Shown one piece after another: positions 53,615-63,506 of a stretch of DNA of 64,000 nucleotides. Source of the stretch: Candidatus Moraniibacteriota bacterium (GTDB taxonomy: Bacteria > Patescibacteriota > Minisyncoccia > Moranbacterales > UBA9337). The DNA is taken from positions 62,605 to 126,604 of the forward strand of contig JALSQF010000003.1 of assembly GCA_026985555.1 (NCBI GenBank), written 5' to 3'. Both the position numbers and the translations under genes were made by a program. Every line of letters begins with the position of its first letter. The stretch's first letter is position 1. Under the pieces are notes generated by a model that was given only the letters and a program-made list of their open reading frames with translations, made no database searches and was not told the origin of the DNA.

Positions 53615-55081
53615 TCAAAAAGAAATGTTTTGGTTTTGAATTTGGAAGTTCGAACCAATCTTTTTTAGAAAATCTCGAATCCCTTCGGGATTTTCTTTGG
53701 AAGCGATAATTTTGGCTTGTTTACTGTCTTTTATAAATTTCTCGGCGAGTTCGAACCGATTATCGCTTTTTTGCTCAAAAGACTTCAATTTGTCTTTCAA
53801 AACTTGTTTTTGATTGATGAGTTTGTTTTTCGCTTTCTGATATTCTTTGATGTTCAAAACACTTTCCAGATAAGCGTTCATCAGCTTTTTCAGTTTCTCG
53901 TCAATTTTTGCGATTTCTTGTTTTATCTTTTGAGCAAAAAAGTTTGATGATTGCGCCTTTACTTTTCTTTCTTTTTCAATCTCTTTCAACATCCAATCGG
54001 CGCAATCATCAGACAAAGAAACTTTTTGTATTGCTTCGTTGATTTGAGATGAAATTTTTTCTTCTCTCGTAAATACATTTTGCGTGCATTTATGGTTTGG
54101 GTTTTTCCTTGTGCAATAGTAGTAAATATATTCCTTACCGCTTTTCTTGATTTTCTTGTCCGCCGTGATTGAATATCCGCACTCTCCGCACTTGAAAATT
54201 CCCCGATAAAGAAAAAATTTCATCTTGTCCGCTTTTTACGGTTTGGACTTTCTTTTCATCACTTCTTGCACTTGGTCAAAAAGTTTCTTTGTGATAATCG
54301 GTTCGTGCTTTCCTTCGTAAAATTCGCCATTGTAGCGGATTAGTCCGTAATAGAAAGGATTTTGCAATAAATACTGATAATTGGAAACGGAAAGCATTTT
54401 TCCTCGCCGCCCGCGCAAGCCAAGCTCGTTGATAATCTTTCGGAGTTCTCTCAATGTGTATTTGCCTGTCGCGTAGGCCTCAAATGCCTTTTTTATGAGA
54501 GGGGCTTTTTCTTTATCCAAATAAATCATTTTTGTTTTCTTGTCGTTCAAATATCCCAAAGGGGCCATTTGAGGCCATAAACCTTGCTTTAACTTTTGGC
54601 GGTGTCCTCTTTTGATATTCTCCGAAAGATTATCAACATAATATTTTGACTGCCCAAAAGCGATGGAAAGCATAAATTTTCCTTGAGGAGTTGGGTCAAA
54701 CCAGAAAGTCGGGAATTTTAGCTCTTTGATAACGCCAATATCAACAAGATAAATAATTTGCCCGCCGTCAACGCTGTTTCTTGCCAGTCTGTCGGGGTGC
54801 CACGCTAAAATTCCCGTTGCTTCGCCCGCTTCCATTCGCTTTAACATATCGGCAAACATCGGTCGCCCGGGCTTTTTGGCGGTTTGTTTTTCTACGATAA
54901 TATCAACAATTTCCAAATTTTCTTTTTTCGCCAACTCTTTCAATTCCGCTATTTGGTCGGCAATGTTTCGCACTTGCCGATCTTCCGAATCGGTAGACTT
55001 GCGGGCGTAAATGAAAAACTTTCTGGTTTGATTTTTTGCTTTATTGTCTTTATTGTCTTTGCTCATATTTTTGGCAGTCAA
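53615..55081 (-). pseudogene. Large serine recombinase interrupted by in-frame stops
   Basis: YARKST and DRLARN catalytic motifs, recombinase domain, CGECG zinc ribbon; the two ORFs are in frame across TAA 54236-54238; homologous frame continues past TGA 53615-53617. Confidence 0.85.
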
Positions 55082-55126
55082 AATATTAAAAAATTATTGC
55101 TTCCAAGTTTCGTCAAAGGCGAAACG

Positions 55127-55389
55127 AAAAAAGATTGGTTGGCAAAACTTCGTTTGCTTTGGGTTTTACCCAAACGAACTTCCAACTCCAACACCAAAAC
55201 ATTTCTTTTTGCCCGCGCGGAGCGTGGCAAATCGCCCTAAAATGGGGTTTTGGCGCGCGTAGCGCGCCTGCCGAGCGGCTTTGCCGCGAGGCAATATCTT
55301 CCCAAAATGACAAAATCGTAAATTGGCGGTACTGTTTGGACGAAATTCTAACCTTTTTTGAGCAAAATCCAGAGGATTTTGAGGATTGA
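55127..55389 (+). pseudogene. Inverted paralogous recombinase C-terminal fragment
   Basis: NFQLQHQNISFCPRGAWQI matches NFQIQNQNISF*PRGAWQI of the minus-strand gene. Confidence 0.75.
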
Positions 55390-55691
55390 ATCCCGCCCAG
55401 CGTTTCCGCCCGCCTCCGCTTCGCTGCGGCGACAGGCAAAACAGAAAATTTTTCTTTTCCTTAATTGAAAAAAATTTGGGCGTGTGAGTAAAAAATGTTT
55501 AGAAAAATTGTGCGAGAAAAAAATAAAAAAGTAGAGAATAAAAGAGAAATTAAAAACAAATAAAAAATTGTACTGAATTTTAATTTTCTACTAAAAATAT
55601 AAATTATAAATAGTAATAGATATGTATATAATAATTTAAAATATATGAGAATAATTTTTTTTAGAAGTAAAAATGTATCCTAAAATAGGTA

Positions 55692-55720
55692 TTGACAAAG
55701 CAGAAAAAATATATTAAAAT
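55692..55720 (+). promoter_or_regulatory. sigma70-type promoter with no long ORF downstream
   Basis: TTGACA-17 bp-TAAAAT. Confidence 0.6.
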
Positions 55721-55826
55721 AAGAAGTTAAGTTAATTTAAAAAAGAAAAAATAAAGAAAAAAGGAGGGAAAAAATGATTAAAAAAATAAAAATGAATTTT
55801 AATTTTTTATTTTTAAAAAAAGGAGA

Positions 55827-55976
55827 TCTTATCCAGCTCTCCGTTGTGAGAGAGTTGGATAAGAGAGAAGACCAGCTCATGGAGTGTTTGTGTGAGCTGG
55901 TCTTGAATCACAGAGATAAAATTTCTGTGGTTAAATAAAAAATAAACCGGAGAAAAGTTATAATTCTTTCTCCGGT
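55827..55976 (+). ncRNA. Candidate structured small RNA (four hairpins)
   Basis: Consecutive stems with G-U-compatible substitutions downstream of a promoter. Confidence 0.45.
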
Positions 55977-55995
55977 ATTTTATTGTTAATTAGAT

Positions 55996-57099
55996 TTAGC
56001 TTATTTCACGAGACCAGTCTTCAACAATTTTACTTGTTTTAAAATTATTAAGTCCTATTTGTCTTTGTTGTAATTTTTTAAAGTTTATTTTCTTAAAATC
56101 ATTTTCAAAATCATCTAAACTTAATAATATCCCGTTTGGTCCATAATAGGGGTATTTTATTTTTTGATTAAAATCTAAAGTAGGATCAATAATTTCTCTA
56201 GCACCAGTTTTAAAGTCGGAAGTAATAATGGGCAAGTTACAAGCCATAGCCTCAATTAAAACATTAGGAAATCCTTCTGCTTGAGAAGCAAAAATAAAAT
56301 AATCAGCCAGATTTAAATATTTGTAAACATTCTTTTTTTTGCCTAATAAAAAAACTTGTTTATTTAAATTGTATTTTTGAATTAAATTTTGCAAGTTATT
56401 TTTTTCTGGTCCCTCGCCAAGCACAAGCAACTTTTTTTTATGAGGTAATTTTCTAAAAGATTTAATTATAACTCCTATGTTTTTTAATTTATCTAATCTT
56501 CCAACGGTAATAAATATGGTGTCACGCTGATTTTTTAAAAAAAGCTTTGTTTCTTTGTGGTAAAGTTGTGTTATTTTAGCTGTGTTTACGGGATTATAAA
56601 TAACTTTTATTTTATCTAATGATATATTGAGTTGTGTAGCTAAATTTTGTTTATTTTCTTGTGAATTTACGATTATTTTTTGTGCTTTAGGATATAATAA
56701 TTTAGTGAATAATAAATAAAGTTTACCGATTAAACTAGATTGATTAAAGAAAAAAAAAGAGGTGCGAAAAGAAATTATAGCATTTTTATTGGTTAAAATA
56801 TTAACAAAATTAGCAATTTCTAAAAAACTGATTATTTTATAAGGTTGATATTTTTTAAGAAGTTTTTTTAATTTCCAGACGTAGAAAAGAAAAAAAGGAA
56901 TCATTAAAACATTGTTTTTTATATTAGAAAAGGAAATAATTTTAATGTTTTTTGGCAAATCATAAAAACGACTATCTTTTAAAAGAATGAGATGAATTTT
57001 AAATTTTTTAGATAATTTAGGTAAAATATTTGATAATACTCTTTCTGCTCCACCGGATTCTAGAGAATTTATCATAAAAAAGATGGTTTTTTTGTTCAT
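55996..57099 (-). CDS. Glycosyltransferase family 4
   Basis: GGAER and EGFPNVLIEAMA motifs. Confidence 0.92.
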   Translation of the reverse strand: MNKKTIFFMINSLESGGAERVLSNILPKLSKKFKIHLILLKDSRFYDLPKNIKIISFSNIKNNVLMIPFFLFYVWKLKKLLKKYQPYKIISFLEIANFVNILTNKNAIISFRTSFFFFNQSSLIGKLYLLFTKLLYPKAQKIIVNSQENKQNLATQLNISLDKIKVIYNPVNTAKITQLYHKETKLFLKNQRDTIFITVGRLDKLKNIGVIIKSFRKLPHKKKLLVLGEGPEKNNLQNLIQKYNLNKQVFLLGKKKNVYKYLNLADYFIFASQAEGFPNVLIEAMACNLPIITSDFKTGAREIIDPTLDFNQKIKYPYYGPNGILLSLDDFENDFKKINFKKLQQRQIGLNNFKTSKIVEDWSREIS

Positions 57100-57129
57100 A
57101 AATATTTTTTTAAAATAGGTTGCATATTA

Positions 57130-59043
57130 TTAATTTTGATCAAAAAATTCTCTAAACCATAATTCTAAAGTTAGTAGTGCCCAAATACGATAAGCATGAT
57201 TTATTTTAGTATTTACATGAGTATCTAATAATTTTTTGATATTTTCTTTTTTAAAAAGATTTCTAGAGATTGCTCTGTTAGATAATAATATTTCATAAAT
57301 ATAATCTTTCATTTCGTTACGAAACCAATGTTCAATGGGAACACCAAAACCCATTTTTTTTCTATATAAAATTTCTTTAGGGACTAAATCTTTTTCTAAA
57401 GCCTTTTTAAGAATGTATTTCTTATTATTTAATCCTTTTAATTTTAAGTTAGCTGGTATTTGAGCGGTCATTTCCATAAATTTATGATCTAAAAACGGAG
57501 AACGACTTTCTAAACCATTAGCCATTGTGGCAATATCTACCTTAACTAATAAATCATCAGGTAAATAGGTGGCAATATCAGTGTAAATAGTTTGTTCCAC
57601 TTTATTTCTTGCTTGAGCTTTTTGAAAAGTATGTATTAAAATGTCGTTAGTAATTAAATTACCTACTTTATTTTGCATTTCGCTAGAGTATAAATTGTTT
57701 TTCGCCTTCCGAGAAAAATATTGAATATACGACAAGTATCTTTCGTTGTAGGGAAAGGATAAAGTTTCAGCAAAAGTTTGAGCATGATTAGTTAGAGTTG
57801 TTTTAAAAATGGAATTAATTAATTTTGCTACGGGTTTAGCTAACACATTATGTAAGGGTCCAATTTTGTCATACCATAAGCTAAATTTTTGTATACTGTA
57901 GCGTCCATAACCAGCAAAATTTTCATCTCCGCCATCACCATTAAGAGCAACCGTAACATATTCTCGTGTTTTTTGGGCTAAATAAAATGTTGGTAAAGCA
58001 CTAGAATCAGCGTAGGGTTCTTCATATTGTTTAACTAACATTGGTAGCATTTCTAAGGCATTGGGTTTAACAATGAATTTATGATGGTCAGTTTTATATT
58101 TATCGGCGATCATTTGAGCATAAATTGTTTCATCATGATCAATTTCATTAAAACCAATAGAAAAAGTTTTAATCGGTTGAGAGCTATTTTTAGCCATTAA
58201 AGCTACCACAGCACTAGAGTCAATCCCTCCAGACAAAAAAGCGCCCAAGGGAACATCGGAAATCATCCTTAATTTTACAGCCGTATTTAATTCTTCTAAA
58301 ATTTTATTTTTCCACTCGTTTTCATTTAAATGTAATTTGTGATTATAATTTAATTGCCAATATTTTCCTTTTTTTCTTTTTCCAGTATTACAATCTATGA
58401 TTAAGTAATGAGCAGGTTCAAGTTTTTGAATATTTTTAAATCCAGTTAAAGGGGCGGGACAATATTGCAAAGTCAAATAGTGGTGGATAGCTTCATAATC
58501 AACTTCTTTCTTGTATTCTGGTTGAGTAAGAATTGATTTTATTTCAGAAGCAAACATAAAAACGTTCGCGTCCTGATAATATTTAAATGGTTTTTTGCCT
58601 AGTCTATCTCTAGCGCAAATTAATTTATTTTTTTGATGATCATAAAGAGCAAAAGCAAACATCCCCCGAAGGTGTTCTAAAAAATTTATTTTATATTTAT
58701 CATACAAAGCCATAATAACTTCTGTATCTGTTTTTGATTGAAAAGAATAATTTTCTTTTTTTAATAATTCTCGTTCTTTTTGAAAGTTATAAATTTCACC
58801 ATTAAAAACAATAGTATATTTTTTCCCTTGGTGTTCATAGTGCATAGGTTGATGTCCCAGAGGAGAAAGATCAATAATAGACAAGCGTCTTTGTCCTAAG
58901 CCAATTTTTTTATTATCACTAATAAAAATTCCAGCATCATCTGGTCCTCGATGATCAATGGCTGTATTCATTTTGTCAATGGCTGTTTCATTTACAAATA
59001 AATTATTTTTTTGAAAGTATATTTTTCCAGTTATCCCACACAT
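57130..59043 (-). CDS. asnB: Asparagine synthase (glutamine-hydrolysing)-like amidotransferase
   Basis: MCGI, HRGPD, NGEIYN, LSGGIDSS and GDGGDE motifs. Confidence 0.93.
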   Translation of the reverse strand: MCGITGKIYFQKNNLFVNETAIDKMNTAIDHRGPDDAGIFISDNKKIGLGQRRLSIIDLSPLGHQPMHYEHQGKKYTIVFNGEIYNFQKERELLKKENYSFQSKTDTEVIMALYDKYKINFLEHLRGMFAFALYDHQKNKLICARDRLGKKPFKYYQDANVFMFASEIKSILTQPEYKKEVDYEAIHHYLTLQYCPAPLTGFKNIQKLEPAHYLIIDCNTGKRKKGKYWQLNYNHKLHLNENEWKNKILEELNTAVKLRMISDVPLGAFLSGGIDSSAVVALMAKNSSQPIKTFSIGFNEIDHDETIYAQMIADKYKTDHHKFIVKPNALEMLPMLVKQYEEPYADSSALPTFYLAQKTREYVTVALNGDGGDENFAGYGRYSIQKFSLWYDKIGPLHNVLAKPVAKLINSIFKTTLTNHAQTFAETLSFPYNERYLSYIQYFSRKAKNNLYSSEMQNKVGNLITNDILIHTFQKAQARNKVEQTIYTDIATYLPDDLLVKVDIATMANGLESRSPFLDHKFMEMTAQIPANLKLKGLNNKKYILKKALEKDLVPKEILYRKKMGFGVPIEHWFRNEMKDYIYEILLSNRAISRNLFKKENIKKLLDTHVNTKINHAYRIWALLTLELWFREFFDQN

Positions 59044-59070
59044 TGTATTAATTATATAAGAATTTATTAA

Positions 59071-61206
59071 TTATTTTAATTTCCAAATATAAATTCCATT
59101 TTTATTATAAATCAGAGGATATTTTTTGGTAAGATTTTCTATGTGTGCTCCGTAATAGTTAGCTTTTAACCACCACTCTCTTTGAGCATAAAGATTATCA
59201 AATTTTTGCTTAGAATATAAGGCGTAAATAGATACTTGGTTAGATTTTGTTTTCTTGAGAATAGCTTCTCTTTTTTGGAGTGTTATTGTGACAGTGTCTT
59301 TTAATTGTTTTAAATCACTTAAAGCTTGATTTATCTCAGTTAAATTATTGAGATTATTTTCTTTGACTTTCTTTTTTAATAAGTTTATTTCAACTAATTC
59401 ATTTTGAAGAATTTTTTTTAAATTAACATTAATAGCATTTTGATAAAAAATATCAATTAAATCATCATCTTTTCCGTCAAAAAAATCTTTATTAGGAAAA
59501 GGTGTAATTTGTCTTTGAGAAAAATATTCAATTAGTGGTGAATTTCCTCGTTGAGTAATAAATAAAGAATTAGCAGGTGTATGTTCTTTAATCCATAAGG
59601 TTACTTGATATTCATCAGAGGTTATTAATGATTTTTTTTGTTGTGCAACATAAAATGATCCGATTAATCCTATATTAGATAGAATGAATAAAATTATTAA
59701 AAAAACATGATATTTTTTTTGAGAAAAAATTTTTTCTTTAGTTATTATTTTGAAAAAAAGAACCAACAAGACTAAAAACAAAATATCACTAATAATCCAA
59801 AATCTTTCAGGTAAATAGAAGTAATTTAAACGCGGAAGTATTTCGCTATAAATTAAAAATATAAAAACAAAAGGAAAAACTAAGAAAGAAAGAGTATTTT
59901 TCTTAAGTGATTTATAGTAAATTATATAAAGAAAAAATAAAAACAATATTAAAGGGCTAATGTAGTAAGCATAATATTTTATTAATCCTGTTAGGCCTGA
60001 CCAACCAACCTGATATTGAGAAGCATCTCCGCTATAATTACTTAGGAACCACCAGCGCCATTGGTTTATTTGAATGATTTGATGAAAGATTCTTTTAAAC
60101 GTATTTATTCCAAACTGAATAATATAAAGATGTTCTGCTAATAAAACAAAAATTAATAAAACAATTACGAAAAAAAGAAAAAGAATTATTTTATTTTTTG
60201 TATCTTGATAATAATATTTTTTATAGAAAAAATAAAAAACAAAAATTGTATGAATTATAAAGACAATTAAAAAAAATTCATGATAATTTAATCCTCCTAT
60301 AGCAATTAAGCTAGATAGTGCCCAATATCCAGCTTTATTTTGTTTAAAAGCTTGATAAATAAAATAAATATAAATAGGAAATAAAATAAGAAAAATAGTT
60401 TGCGGTCTAACCACATCCGTTTCCATATTTAAAACAGGAATACCAAAAGTGGAAAAAAGAATGATAAACTGACTTATTTTGTCGTTGATTTTTAATTTTT
60501 GAATAAATTGAAAAATGACCAATAAAAAAGTAAGTTGAAAAAAAACAAATACAGTAGAAAAAAAAGTATAAAGATTTATTTTAGAAAATTGATGCAAAAT
60601 AATAATAGCAGTTGAAAAAAATCCGCGATAATTATTGAGTATTCTATTATTATTAATAATTTTTTTTATTTCAATCATTTTAGAGTATCCATCCCATTCA
60701 GGTATAAATTTATAATAATGAAAGTTAATTAAATGTATTATTCCAAATAAAACAATGGTGACAAAGAGAGGCCAGTATTTTTTGTAAAACTTTAAAATAA
60801 TATTGATATTAAAAGAAAAAGAGCAGGGTTTCTTCCTTTTTTTATTTGGGATAGATAAGAAAATAGCAATTAAGGAAATAATAACACTAACTAATAAGAT
60901 GTTTTTTAGATTAAAAGATAAATTAAAAAAATAATTACTCAAAAAATAAAAAGGAGTATAAAGAGTAAAAAATATAGTTAACAAAAACAATATAAGTTCC
61001 AAATTATTTTCATATTCTAATCCGAAAATATAAATCAAATTAAAAGGAGTGATAAATAATAAATAAAATAACCCACTGATATTTAATAGGAAATTAAAGT
61101 TTAAAAATGAGTGTAATAAATAACCAGCTAAATAAATCAACAAAGTAACCAAATTTAAAGTAATTAAATTATTTTTTAGCCAAGAGTTTTTTGAATACTG
61201 TCTCAT
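59071..61206 (-). CDS. Polytopic membrane protein, possible GT-C glycosyltransferase
   Basis: Many TM helices; EWD loop; WIKEHTP.NS segment; glycan cluster context. Confidence 0.55.
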   Translation of the reverse strand: MRQYSKNSWLKNNLITLNLVTLLIYLAGYLLHSFLNFNFLLNISGLFYLLFITPFNLIYIFGLEYENNLELILFLLTIFFTLYTPFYFLSNYFFNLSFNLKNILLVSVIISLIAIFLSIPNKKRKKPCSFSFNINIILKFYKKYWPLFVTIVLFGIIHLINFHYYKFIPEWDGYSKMIEIKKIINNNRILNNYRGFFSTAIIILHQFSKINLYTFFSTVFVFFQLTFLLVIFQFIQKLKINDKISQFIILFSTFGIPVLNMETDVVRPQTIFLILFPIYIYFIYQAFKQNKAGYWALSSLIAIGGLNYHEFFLIVFIIHTIFVFYFFYKKYYYQDTKNKIILFLFFVIVLLIFVLLAEHLYIIQFGINTFKRIFHQIIQINQWRWWFLSNYSGDASQYQVGWSGLTGLIKYYAYYISPLILFLFFLYIIYYKSLKKNTLSFLVFPFVFIFLIYSEILPRLNYFYLPERFWIISDILFLVLLVLFFKIITKEKIFSQKKYHVFLIILFILSNIGLIGSFYVAQQKKSLITSDEYQVTLWIKEHTPANSLFITQRGNSPLIEYFSQRQITPFPNKDFFDGKDDDLIDIFYQNAINVNLKKILQNELVEINLLKKKVKENNLNNLTEINQALSDLKQLKDTVTITLQKREAILKKTKSNQVSIYALYSKQKFDNLYAQREWWLKANYYGAHIENLTKKYPLIYNKNGIYIWKLK

Positions 61207-62344
61207 ATTTTTCTATTGATTTTTGCCAAGAAAAATTTTGTTTAATGTGATTACGAGCTTTTTGTCCAAATATTTTTATTTTATCAGGATTATCAATTAA
61301 ATCAATTAATCTGTGAGTTAAAGAATTAATATCCTTAGGTTTTATTAAATAACCGCTTTGTTTATTTTTTATAATTTGATTGGTTCCACCAACATTAGTG
61401 GCAATGATGGCCTTTCCACAGGTTGCTGCTTCTAAAACAGAAGTAGGCAATCCTTCGGTATAACTAGGATTTACAAAAATATGAGATGCTTTTAAAATAG
61501 CAATTACTTCATGATGTTTTTTGCTTCCTAATAATTGAATATATTTTTTTAAACCTTTTTTCTGTATAATTTTTTGGAGATTTTTTTCTTGTGGTCCGGA
61601 GCCGATTATTAAACACACTATTTTTTTATTAGTTTCTTTTGATGTAATAATATTTTGTATAGCTTGAATTAAATCTTTTATTCCTTTGCCGTCAATTATT
61701 CTACCAACAAAGGTAATAATTAGTTTATTTAAATATTTTCTTTGAATGCTTTGAGAAAGTAAGATGTTATCTATATTTTCAATATCTATTCCTCTGTGGA
61801 TAACAGTTTGACAAGTATTTTTGTTTTTAGTTAGCTGATTACAAAAATTAGCTACTTCTTGGGAAATGGCAATAACTTTGTCGGTAGATTTTAAAATTAT
61901 TTTTCCAAAAGTATAGTCATAAATTTTAGCAATGAAAGTAACAAATTTTCCGCCAGATTGTACGAAATCAGAACCATGTTCAATATGTAGCCATTTTATT
62001 CTTTTAAATTTTGATAAAAATAATGATAGTATGGAGGTTGAAAAAAAACGAGTGTGAGAAATAATTAAGGTGTATTTTTTGTGAAATAAATTATAATACA
62101 GTTGCCAGAATTTTAAAGACCAAAATTTGGGTAGTGGGTAATTGGGTACAATTTCAAAAGCAGGAAAGCGTATAATCTTTATATTATCTTTTGTTTCTTG
62201 AAGCGGAGTATCCTTAGGTAAGTGTGGAGTAAATACTGTAATTTGATGTTTTCTTTTTTCTAAATAATTATTAAATTCAGCAGAATAAAATTCCAACCCA
62301 CCAATGTGAGGTGGATAGTAGGGAGAAAAAACTAATATTTTCAT
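61169..62344 (-). CDS. Glycosyltransferase family 4
   Basis: YPPHIGG and EGLPTSVLEA motifs; likely start MKILVF. Confidence 0.92.
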   Translation of the reverse strand: MKILVFSPYYPPHIGGLEFYSAEFNNYLEKRKHQITVFTPHLPKDTPLQETKDNIKIIRFPAFEIVPNYPLPKFWSLKFWQLYYNLFHKKYTLIISHTRFFSTSILSLFLSKFKRIKWLHIEHGSDFVQSGGKFVTFIAKIYDYTFGKIILKSTDKVIAISQEVANFCNQLTKNKNTCQTVIHRGIDIENIDNILLSQSIQRKYLNKLIITFVGRIIDGKGIKDLIQAIQNIITSKETNKKIVCLIIGSGPQEKNLQKIIQKKGLKKYIQLLGSKKHHEVIAILKASHIFVNPSYTEGLPTSVLEAATCGKAIIATNVGGTNQIIKNKQSGYLIKPKDINSLTHRLIDLIDNPDKIKIFGQKARNHIKQNFSWQKSIEKYETVFKKLLAKK

Positions 62345-62405
62345 AAATTTGTTTGAATGTAAATGCATTATATAGTATAATTAAAAAAAATTAAAGATTT
62401 GAATT

Positions 62406-63071
62406 ATGAAAAAAATTTTTCTTATTATTCCAGTTTATAATGAAAGCAAGGTACTGAAAGAAACATTAGAAGAAATTAAGCAATATGGATATGATAAAAT
62501 TATAGTAGTGGATGATGGAAGTTCAGATGATAGTTTTGATATAGCCAGAAAAGAGTGTTTAGCTTTAAAACTGGAAATTAATAGAGGAAAGGGAGCGGCT
62601 GTAAAAACGGGAATAGAAGCGGCTAAAAAATTAGGAGCAGATGTGGTTGTAACATTAGATGGAGATGGGCAACATAATCCTAAAGATATTAAGAAAATGT
62701 TACAATTAATAAATGATAAATATGATGTTGTTTTAGGGAGTAGATTAAAAAATCCTCAAGGAATGCCTTGGTATAAAATTATGCATAATCAAATAGGTAA
62801 TTTTTTTACTTGGATAATTTATGGATTATGGGTTAGCGATAGTCAATCCGGATTTAGAGCTTATTCTAGGAAAGCTATTGATTTAATAGATACCAAAACT
62901 GATCGTTATGAATATGATAGTGAAATAATTAGAGAGATTAAAAAACATAAACTAAGCTATACAGAAATTCCCATTGAAGTTCGTTATACACAATATTCTA
63001 TGAATAAGAAAAATAAACAAAATTTTATTAACGGCATAAAAACGTTAATTAAAATGTTAATTTATAGTTAA
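62406..63071 (+). CDS. Glycosyltransferase family 2 (DPM1-like)
   Basis: IPVYNE, VDDGSSD, DGDGQH and DSQSGFR motifs. Confidence 0.92.
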   Translation: MKKIFLIIPVYNESKVLKETLEEIKQYGYDKIIVVDDGSSDDSFDIARKECLALKLEINRGKGAAVKTGIEAAKKLGADVVVTLDGDGQHNPKDIKKMLQLINDKYDVVLGSRLKNPQGMPWYKIMHNQIGNFFTWIIYGLWVSDSQSGFRAYSRKAIDLIDTKTDRYEYDSEIIREIKKHKLSYTEIPIEVRYTQYSMNKKNKQNFINGIKTLIKMLIYS

Positions 63072-63091
63072 GTTAATTTAATTTTTAATAA

Positions 63092-63469
63092 ATGTTAAAA
63101 GCTATACTATTTAAAATCTCTTTTTTTCAATGGTTATTGATCGTGGTGGCGCTTTTCTTTATTGTAGATAGAGTTAAAAAGTTTTTTAAAAAAGAATATA
63201 AACAAACTTTTTTAAAGTTTATTTTTAGTTTAATTATTTGGGGCGGTGTTTTATTTTTCTCTTTATTTCCAGATGTAGCTCGTCAATTATCAATGAAATT
63301 GGGTTTAGGTGAAAATTTAAATGTTTTAATTTTTTTTGGCTTTGTGATAGTTTTTATAATTATTTTTAAGATTTTAGAAATAGTGGAACGTAATGAAAGG
63401 AATATAACTGAAATTGTTAGAAAAAATGCGCTAAGAGATTTAGAAAAATATAAAAAGAAGAAAAAATAA
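63092..63469 (+). CDS. DUF2304-like membrane protein
   Basis: Three TMs; FP...LG; ITEIVR..AL; follows a DPM1-like GT2. Confidence 0.7.
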   Translation: MLKAILFKISFFQWLLIVVALFFIVDRVKKFFKKEYKQTFLKFIFSLIIWGGVLFFSLFPDVARQLSMKLGLGENLNVLIFFGFVIVFIIIFKILEIVERNERNITEIVRKNALRDLEKYKKKKK

Positions 63470-63506
63470 ATCTAAAATTCAACTAGTTGGCTTTTTTATT
63501 TTCTTT

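Larger units (their letters stand above)
53501..55520. mobile_element. tRNA-Ser-integrated serine recombinase element remnant; right boundary approximate
   Basis: GC shift starting at the tRNA 3' end; recombinase gene; inverted copy of the gene's 3' end. Confidence 0.7.

Noticed and set aside
53615-53617. TGA recoding (code 25)
   Set aside because: Other genes end in TGA (11855, 17758), core genes are intact in code 11, and the same gene also has a TAA stop
53403-53709. ORFs over tRNA-Ser
   Set aside because: Shadow ORFs of the tRNA and the recombinase end
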